A stretch of 64,000 nt of DNA, taken from Eledone cirrhosa (lineage: Eukaryota). The position numbers and the translations under genes were made by a program. The notes beneath the pieces are model-generated. The model worked only from the letters and a program-made list of their open reading frames with translations, was not told the DNA's origin and ran no database searches. Position 1 is the first letter of the stretch, and each line of letters opens with the position of its first letter. Positions 55,984 through 64,000 of this stretch are shown here, piece by piece. The DNA lies in NCBI GenBank assembly GCA_964016885.1, contig OZ024743.1, forward strand, positions 290,904,001 through 290,968,000. The letters are read 5' to 3'.

Positions 55984-58425
55984 TTAATTAGGTTTATAAT
56001 ATTTAAATGTTTTTTTTAGTTTATGATTACACGATATAATTAATTCCTGTCTTTTATTTAATAAGATATCCCTAGACTTCATTATTTCAAATAGTTCTTG
56101 GGAACATAATCTACATTCCTTTCTATTATTTTGATAAGGGGTGGCTCTTTTGAGCACACTCCAGGTCAAATCATATTTTATATTTTTATTTTTATAACTA
56201 TTGATTTTTTCTGCTAGAGATGTTGTATTAGCCAGTGCGGCATTTTTAAAGCTATGTTTGTGGGTATTATACCTTGTCTTAAAATTGTTAGAGGTAGCTC
56301 CTATATATGAGCAAATAGAATCTTTAGTTTTAACATTACATTTATAGACTATGTTGTTAACAAGACAATTCCCTTTTAATGGGCAGTTTGTTTTGTTTCT
56401 ACAGTTACATCCTTTCGTTAATTCTGTATTTGAGGAGATATTATTGTTAATTTGATGTACTGGTGGTATACTTATGGTTTTCTTACATTTATATGCATTA
56501 TATGCACTTATATTTTGTTTTATGTTATTTGTTGTAGAGTATGAGAATTTAACTGTATACCTATTTAAGATTTGATGGTATTTGTGGTTTGGCGGGAAGT
56601 TTTTCTCAAGGATATAAAAAAATTTTTTAGCAATATTATCCTTAACTTGTAAATTAAAAGGAGCATTATACCAAGTAACTCGTCTATTACGGTTTCTATG
56701 TTGTTTATTATTTTTATTATTTTTATATGTTGTATCATGATTTTTACTAGGAGGATTAATGTTAATGATCTCACCACAACTATTTTTAGTTATATTTGTA
56801 GATTTAGGTGTTTTATCTTTTTTATTAGGAGTTTTATTATTAATATTTATTATAGTCGTATGATGAGTAGTTTTTTGAGGGTTACTATACTTTATATTAG
56901 AAGATTTAGTATTTTGGGGTATACTGTGGGTGGCATTTAGGTGTGTACTTTTCATTTGGTGTTTGTTGGTAATATTATGCTGTATGCTTTCAGTATTTTT
57001 AGTAGAAGGTATATACTCTAATCTATTTTTGTGGCCACTTCTATCTAGAGCTTCATTATAAAAGGTCGCATTTTTATCAAATACATCTTGGTTAGAAGAA
57101 AGGTTAGAAATTCTAAGTGATATATTATATGCAAGGTTTTTAAGGATAGATTTAGGGTGATTAGATTGTGAGTGTATGTAATGTAAGTTTTGGTTAGGTT
57201 TATGGTAAGGTTGGTATATACCCGTAGCTAAATCTAAAGTTATATCTAGGAAATTTACTACTTTACTTGTTTTTTCAAAAGTAATATTAAGATTATAATA
57301 GTCTTTAAGGAAAGTTCTAATATGCTTTTTGTTTTTTTCGATTTCTGAAAGGCTAAGGTTGTTAGAAAGAAGAAGACAGTCATCACGATATAAACCACCT
57401 TTGAGGTGGGGAAAAGAGGCATTTATGTTGAAAAGGAGAAAGAGGCCCACAAGATCAGTAATTTGGGCGGAATCGCTTGAACCCATAGTAATATCAAAAA
57501 GATTACTGTAAGTGTTTCTGGTCCAGTATTCATTCTGAAATTCAATAAGTGTTTGTCTAGCATGTGTAATAATGTTAATGTCATCCGAAGTTAAATTAGA
57601 TCTATTTTTAGCAAATATTAATGCTTTGTTCAGGAGTATGGGTGATATAGAAGAATAGTAATTATCTATATCAAATTGTAGGAAAGAAGCAGAAGATTTA
57701 CACCTAATATTTTTAAACCAATTAATTACCTGGGAGGTGTTTTCCCAGAGTGGTAAAATAACGTATTTTCTTATTTGTGGGATGACTCTATCTAAAATTT
57801 TTTTGCTAATTATTCCAATATCTGATTTGGAGGGACATATAAGTCTAATAGAAGGATTAGAGTTAAAGTTAGATTTGTGATCTTTCAGGTTGAAGTGTGG
57901 ACTTTTCAATGCCAAAGGTTCAGTTCTATCTTCAATATTTAGTTTTTTTACTATGTTGTGTGTTTTGTTGTTGATGTTGGTGAGTGACACATTATTAGAT
58001 TTTTTATAATTTTTTCTGAGTTCTTTATATATGAACTCATTATAATGTTCAATATCCATATGATACAAGTTACCAGTTTTGTCCGAGTGGACATGGATTT
58101 TTTTAGACTTTTTTAGGTCCAATAGGGTAGAATCAAGGTCCTTTTGAAAGACGGATTTATACTTTTTAAATTTGAGGTGTTTAATTAAATTAAAAAGGTC
58201 TTTCTCGAAGTCTTCAAGTAAAAAGTTGTGTGGTGGATTCTTGTAAGTGTTGAAATCATACATATATTTCCGATCTGCTTGTTTAGATTTTCTATCGAAG
58301 TGGTAGGCTCTCCATCTAACCCTTCTGATAAAATTATTAGTTTTCTGAATCATAAGGAGTAAGAAGTCGTCCTTAGAAGGTATTGGTATGTTTTTTAAGG
58401 AGGTTCCTAAATATTGTTTTTCCAT
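55984..58425 (-). CDS. PLE reverse transcriptase + GIY-YIG endonuclease (813 aa from the first ATG; tentatively Nematis-like)
   Basis: QFDIDNYYSSI, MGSSDSAQ, GLYRDD, NFLD, YHKP, CNCRNKTNCPLKGNC, IVYKC..YIGAT..FKTRYNTH, CRLC..E..LN..CNH. The ORF-track start at 58446 is a TTG. Confidence 0.95.
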   Translation of the reverse strand: MEKQYLGTSLKNIPIPSKDDFLLLMIQKTNNFIRRVRWRAYHFDRKSKQADRKYMYDFNTYKNPPHNFLLEDFEKDLFNLIKHLKFKKYKSVFQKDLDSTLLDLKKSKKIHVHSDKTGNLYHMDIEHYNEFIYKELRKNYKKSNNVSLTNINNKTHNIVKKLNIEDRTEPLALKSPHFNLKDHKSNFNSNPSIRLICPSKSDIGIISKKILDRVIPQIRKYVILPLWENTSQVINWFKNIRCKSSASFLQFDIDNYYSSISPILLNKALIFAKNRSNLTSDDINIITHARQTLIEFQNEYWTRNTYSNLFDITMGSSDSAQITDLVGLFLLFNINASFPHLKGGLYRDDCLLLSNNLSLSEIEKNKKHIRTFLKDYYNLNITFEKTSKVVNFLDITLDLATGIYQPYHKPNQNLHYIHSQSNHPKSILKNLAYNISLRISNLSSNQDVFDKNATFYNEALDRSGHKNRLEYIPSTKNTESIQHNITNKHQMKSTHLNATHSIPQNTKSSNIKYSNPQKTTHHTTIININNKTPNKKDKTPKSTNITKNSCGEIININPPSKNHDTTYKNNKNNKQHRNRNRRVTWYNAPFNLQVKDNIAKKFFYILEKNFPPNHKYHQILNRYTVKFSYSTTNNIKQNISAYNAYKCKKTISIPPVHQINNNISSNTELTKGCNCRNKTNCPLKGNCLVNNIVYKCNVKTKDSICSYIGATSNNFKTRYNTHKHSFKNAALANTTSLAEKINSYKNKNIKYDLTWSVLKRATPYQNNRKECRLCSQELFEIMKSRDILLNKRQELIISCNHKLKKTFKYYKPN

Positions 58426-58790
58426 TGTGATATGGATGATGGACAATTGAAAGAGCTCAACTAAATGTATATGGGTTTACAAAATCATACATATATATAT
58501 ATGTTTATACATAAATATAAAATTAATACACACATACAGTACAAAAATACGAATATTTCCGTGAAAATAGGAGCAAAATTATGTAGATAAATCTACCAAG
58601 AGTTTACGGTAGTGTCCAATCCGTATGAAGAACTCAATGTATTCCGGATATCATGGAAAGAAGAGATGTAATGAAAATCCACTTTCGGTGAAAGATAAAC
58701 GGTATACAGAGTCAAGATAAAATATTAAACAAATAATGAACAAACAATTCCTTATATTAAACAAAAAAAGTTCACTATCAATAAATATAC

Positions 58791-58945
58791 TTCATTATTT
58801 CTGAAGACGGCGTATATATGAGTTAGGTATGTATATTTAATCTTGATAATTTGTATAATTTTGTATAATTTTGTACATAGATCTGTTAAATATGCATACC
58901 AATTATAACACATATATGCCCTAGAAACGATCGTTAAATAGTGAA
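58791..58945 (+). ncRNA. Type I hammerhead ribozyme, predicted GUU cleavage after 58935
   Basis: 10-bp stem I TTCATTATTT/AAATAGTGAA, core CTGAAGA, ~115-nt stem II (GGCGTATAT/ATATATGCC and GGTATGTATATTTAA/TTAAATATGCATACC), GAAA-CGATCG-TT. Confidence 0.88.
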
Positions 58946-59290
58946 CTTTTTTTGTTTAATATAAGGAATTGTTTGTTCATTATTTGTTTAATATTTTATC
59001 TTGACTCTGTATACCGTTTATCTTTCACCGAAAGTGGATTTTCATTACATCTCTTCTTTCCATGATATCCGGAATACATTGAGTTCTTCATACGGATTGG
59101 ACACTACCGTAAACTCTTGGTAGATTTATCTACATAATTTTGCTCCTATTTTCACGGAAATATTCGTATTTTTGTACTGTATGTGTGTATTAATTTTATA
59201 TTTATGTATAAACATATATATATATGTATGATTTTGTAAACCCATATACATTTAGTTGAGCTCTTTCAATTGTCCATCATCCATATCACA

Positions 59291-61732
59291 ATGGAAAAAC
59301 AATATTTAGGAACCTCCTTAAAAAACATACCAATACCTTCTAAGGACGACTTCTTACTCCTTATGATTCAGAAAACTAATAATTTTATCAGAAGGGTTAG
59401 ATGGAGAGCCTACCACTTCGATAGAAAATCTAAACAAGCAGATCGGAAATATATGTATGATTTCAACACTTACAAGAATCCACCACACAACTTTTTACTT
59501 GAAGACTTCGAGAAAGACCTTTTTAATTTAATTAAACACCTCAAATTTAAAAAGTATAAATCCGTCTTTCAAAAGGACCTTGATTCTACCCTATTGGACC
59601 TAAAAAAGTCTAAAAAAATCCATGTCCACTCGGACAAAACTGGTAACTTGTATCATATGGATATTGAACATTATAATGAGTTCATATATAAAGAACTCAG
59701 AAAAAATTATAAAAAATCTAATAATGTGTCACTCACCAACATCAACAACAAAACACACAACATAGTAAAAAAACTAAATATTGAAGATAGAACTGAACCT
59801 TTGGCATTGAAAAGTCCACACTTCAACCTGAAAGATCACAAATCTAACTTTAACTCTAATCCTTCTATTAGACTTATATGTCCCTCCAAATCAGATATTG
59901 GAATAATTAGCAAAAAAATTTTAGATAGAGTCATCCCACAAATAAGAAAATACGTTATTTTACCACTCTGGGAAAACACCTCCCAGGTAATTAATTGGTT
60001 TAAAAATATTAGGTGTAAATCTTCTGCTTCTTTCCTACAATTTGATATAGATAATTACTATTCTTCTATATCACCCATACTCCTGAACAAAGCATTAATA
60101 TTTGCTAAAAATAGATCTAATTTAACTTCGGATGACATTAACATTATTACACATGCTAGACAAACACTTATTGAATTTCAGAATGAATACTGGACCAGAA
60201 ACACTTACAGTAATCTTTTTGATATTACTATGGGTTCAAGCGATTCCGCCCAAATTACTGATCTTGTGGGCCTCTTTCTCCTTTTCAACATAAATGCCTC
60301 TTTTCCCCACCTCAAAGGTGGTTTATATCGTGATGACTGTCTTCTTCTTTCTAACAACCTTAGCCTTTCAGAAATCGAAAAAAACAAAAAGCATATTAGA
60401 ACTTTCCTTAAAGACTATTATAATCTTAATATTACTTTTGAAAAAACAAGTAAAGTAGTAAATTTCCTAGATATAACTTTAGATTTAGCTACGGGTATAT
60501 ACCAACCTTACCATAAACCTAACCAAAACTTACATTACATACACTCACAATCTAATCACCCTAAATCTATCCTTAAAAACCTTGCATATAATATATCACT
60601 TAGAATTTCTAACCTTTCTTCTAACCAAGATGTATTTGATAAAAATGCGACCTTTTATAATGAAGCTCTAGATAGAAGTGGCCACAAAAATAGATTAGAG
60701 TATATACCTTCTACTAAAAATACTGAAAGCATACAGCATAATATTACCAACAAACACCAAATGAAAAGTACACACCTAAATGCCACCCACAGTATACCCC
60801 AAAATACTAAATCTTCTAATATAAAGTATAGTAACCCTCAAAAAACTACTCATCATACGACTATAATAAATATTAATAATAAAACTCCTAATAAAAAAGA
60901 TAAAACACCTAAATCTACAAATATAACTAAAAATAGTTGTGGTGAGATCATTAACATTAATCCTCCTAGTAAAAATCATGATACAACATATAAAAATAAT
61001 AAAAATAATAAACAACATAGAAACCGTAATAGACGAGTTACTTGGTATAATGCTCCTTTTAATTTACAAGTTAAGGATAATATTGCTAAAAAATTTTTTT
61101 ATATCCTTGAGAAAAACTTCCCGCCAAACCACAAATACCATCAAATCTTAAATAGGTATACAGTTAAATTCTCATACTCTACAACAAATAACATAAAACA
61201 AAATATAAGTGCATATAATGCATATAAATGTAAGAAAACCATAAGTATACCACCAGTACATCAAATTAACAATAATATCTCCTCAAATACAGAATTAACG
61301 AAAGGATGTAACTGTAGAAACAAAACAAACTGCCCATTAAAAGGGAATTGTCTTGTTAACAACATAGTCTATAAATGTAATGTTAAAACTAAAGATTCTA
61401 TTTGCTCATATATAGGAGCTACCTCTAACAATTTTAAGACAAGGTATAATACCCACAAACATAGCTTTAAAAATGCCGCACTGGCTAATACAACATCTCT
61501 AGCAGAAAAAATCAATAGTTATAAAAATAAAAATATAAAATATGATTTGACCTGGAGTGTGCTCAAAAGAGCCACCCCTTATCAAAATAATAGAAAGGAA
61601 TGTAGATTATGTTCCCAAGAACTATTTGAAATAATGAAGTCTAGGGATATCTTATTAAATAAAAGACAGGAATTAATTATATCGTGTAATCATAAACTAA
61701 AAAAAACATTTAAATATTATAAACCTAATTAA
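59291..61732 (+). CDS. PLE reverse transcriptase + GIY-YIG endonuclease (protein identical to the 55984-58425 copy)
   Basis: The ORF-track translations of the two copies are identical. Confidence 0.95.
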   Translation: MEKQYLGTSLKNIPIPSKDDFLLLMIQKTNNFIRRVRWRAYHFDRKSKQADRKYMYDFNTYKNPPHNFLLEDFEKDLFNLIKHLKFKKYKSVFQKDLDSTLLDLKKSKKIHVHSDKTGNLYHMDIEHYNEFIYKELRKNYKKSNNVSLTNINNKTHNIVKKLNIEDRTEPLALKSPHFNLKDHKSNFNSNPSIRLICPSKSDIGIISKKILDRVIPQIRKYVILPLWENTSQVINWFKNIRCKSSASFLQFDIDNYYSSISPILLNKALIFAKNRSNLTSDDINIITHARQTLIEFQNEYWTRNTYSNLFDITMGSSDSAQITDLVGLFLLFNINASFPHLKGGLYRDDCLLLSNNLSLSEIEKNKKHIRTFLKDYYNLNITFEKTSKVVNFLDITLDLATGIYQPYHKPNQNLHYIHSQSNHPKSILKNLAYNISLRISNLSSNQDVFDKNATFYNEALDRSGHKNRLEYIPSTKNTESIQHNITNKHQMKSTHLNATHSIPQNTKSSNIKYSNPQKTTHHTTIININNKTPNKKDKTPKSTNITKNSCGEIININPPSKNHDTTYKNNKNNKQHRNRNRRVTWYNAPFNLQVKDNIAKKFFYILEKNFPPNHKYHQILNRYTVKFSYSTTNNIKQNISAYNAYKCKKTISIPPVHQINNNISSNTELTKGCNCRNKTNCPLKGNCLVNNIVYKCNVKTKDSICSYIGATSNNFKTRYNTHKHSFKNAALANTTSLAEKINSYKNKNIKYDLTWSVLKRATPYQNNRKECRLCSQELFEIMKSRDILLNKRQELIISCNHKLKKTFKYYKPN

Positions 61733-63451
61733 TTACATTATTCTAGAATTTAATTTAATTTAAATGTTAGTTAACCTATAAATTTAATTTAATTAATATT
61801 TTATTACAGATGAGAAAATATTATGTAATCATAAATTTTGAAAAACCTTTAAATATTACTAATATATACTCAGTAATTTAATTTATGGATTAATTTTAAT
61901 TTATTTTAACCTTTTATTATAATTTTTTTTTTATTATAATTCTTTTACAGATAAAATATAACAAAATAATATCATGTATCCTATGACGGAGAAAGAATTT
62001 TTTAGTATTATAGACCTAATTAATATACATTTTGGAAATATATTTATTATTTGGTTTTAGTTTTAATCAACCTAAAACTTTAATTTTAATTTGCTTAAAA
62101 TTAGTATCCTTGTACAGACGAATTGCAGAATGTCATGTAATCATAGAATGGGATGTGTTTTGGATATATACCTAGTTAATATATTCTGTGCAATTTTTTG
62201 AAAAAGATATGTATATCTATATGTATATGTATATGTGTATATTGTATGTGTATCTGTATGTATATTTATGTGACTATATATGTATGTATGTGTATATATA
62301 TGTATATATATATATATGTGTGTGTATATGTATATATATGTGTATGTGTATGTATATGTATATGTATGCGTATTAATTTTGATTTTTATTTGCATATAAT
62401 TATATTATGCTATTGATGAAATACAATATCTGCTTTATGTATTGTATACCTAATTAACATATACTAATTAACGTATACTATTGAAATAAATATATAATTT
62501 TTAATTTAGTTAACATATAATTTATATGCTACTACCGATGTAATACTTTATTTTATTTTTATTTGGGTTTCTTTTCCCTATTACTAAATTCATCTCCTAA
62601 TATTGATACCATAACGTTATTAACTTTAATTTAGTTATAATGTAATTAATAATCTACTACTGTTTGACTTCATAATTCTGCTTCAAATATTATAAACCTA
62701 ACTAATTTACACCTTGGAAATCAATATGTTGACTATCTTTGGTTTAGTTAACATATGATTAATGGTATACTTTTTTATTTTGGGATGCATAGATTTCGTA
62801 TTTCCTAGCACTGAAAATATGTAAGAACATACATTGAATTAAGATACGGAAAATATTATATGTTTCTTGAAACATATATTTACTTTGATCCCCTTCCCCA
62901 AACCCCCCCTTTCCCCCATACTATTATCATCTGTTTTTATAAGAGTATATGTATGAATATATGTGTAGGTGGGTGTCTATATAGGTTTTGGTATTTATTT
63001 CTAAATATAAAAATACATATATGAGCATGTAAATATGAATGTAAGATTGAGTGTGTATATATGATTGTACATACATATGTATGTATATATATGTATATAT
63101 ATGTATTATATATGTATGTGTATGTGAATGTGTGGTATGTATATGTGTATGTATATGTATATATGTGTATGTATGTGTATGCTTGTATATAGGAATATAT
63201 ATATGTGTATATATGTATGTATATGTATATGCGTGGTTGTATGTATGTGTATATGGGTTCTGTATATATTTGTATGTCTCTCTATTTATATGTTTATCTT
63301 CGTATCTATGTGATATATGTGTGTGTGTGTGCATGTATGCATATGTATGTGTTTGTGTGTGTTTGTATGTGTGTGTGTATATATATATATGTATTTGCGC
63401 ACGCTCACATACACATATATATATATGTATATGTGAGTGTGTATGTGTGTC

Positions 63452-63516
<65 letters not shown>

Positions 63517-63531
63517 GTATATATATAGATA

Positions 63532-63562
<31 letters not shown>

Positions 63563-63659
63563 GTATATAGGTGTCTATGTGTGAATATATGTCTTTATTC
63601 GTATGTGTGTATTTATGTATGTATATGTTTAGGTGTATGTATGTATGTGTATGTATGTG

Positions 63660-63734
<75 letters not shown>

Positions 63735-63945
63735 CTTTATTATTATTGTAATATAACTTATGTGTATATGTGTATAAGTGAGGTTGTGTATGTATATATA
63801 CTATGTGTATATATAAGAGTAATGAAATATGTATATATATATATATATATATATGTGCATGTCTGTTTTTTATGTGTGTGTATATGTATATGTGTATGTG
63901 TATATATGTGTATATATATATATATATGTGTACGTGTGTATATGT

Positions 63946-63979
<34 letters not shown>

Positions 63980-64000
63980 GTGGGTGTTTGTATGTATATT

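Larger units (their letters stand above)
52620..58778 (-). mobile_element. Intact Penelope-like element (6102-bp unit plus 57-bp terminal redundancy), left arm of the palindrome
   Basis: The 3' end abuts (TA)n at ~52582-52617. 52620-52676 equals 58722-58778. Intact ORF. HHR near the 3' end. Confidence 0.93.
58779..64000 (+). mobile_element. Inverted second copy of the intact PLE (right arm, runs off the window)
   Basis: Position x pairs with ~117716-x from 58938 outward. The spacer 58779-58937 is the reverse complement of 52677-52835. Confidence 0.93.

Noticed and set aside
53716-64000. Giant palindrome as a pure sequencing fold-back artefact
   Set aside because: The arms have SNP differences, the spacer derives from sequence 6 kb away, and the same architecture recurs at 34472-37482. 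An artefact is disfavoured, though read-level confirmation is still needed.

Overview
AT-rich, microsatellite-saturated animal DNA. It is most likely an octopod cephalopod, inferred from the tRNA-derived SINE family and the (TA)n/(CA)n load. No host gene could be confidently called; the window is dominated by retroelements. It contains: (1) a full-length, intact Tx1/L1-clade LINE with a perfect 27-bp TSD (4508-10302) and a truncated relative; (2) at least five Penelope-like element (PLE) families with RT plus C-terminal GIY-YIG, including an intact ~6.1-kb element duplicated head-to-head as a >10-kb palindrome centred at ~58858; (3) a CRE-type RLE retrotransposon relic; (4) about 11 SINE copies. 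Reading the non-coding DNA by eye gives about 12 hammerhead ribozyme (HHR) motifs in PLE pseudo-LTRs and in short fold-back elements wedged into (TA)n. Several have very long stem II or a non-canonical core position 4 (CCGAUGA, CAGAAGA). Two PLE inversions share one junction architecture that starts just downstream of the predicted ribozyme cleavage site. There is also an unexplained non-coding family with a conserved 581-nt terminally redundant unit. All structures were derived by manual inspection, with no database searches.
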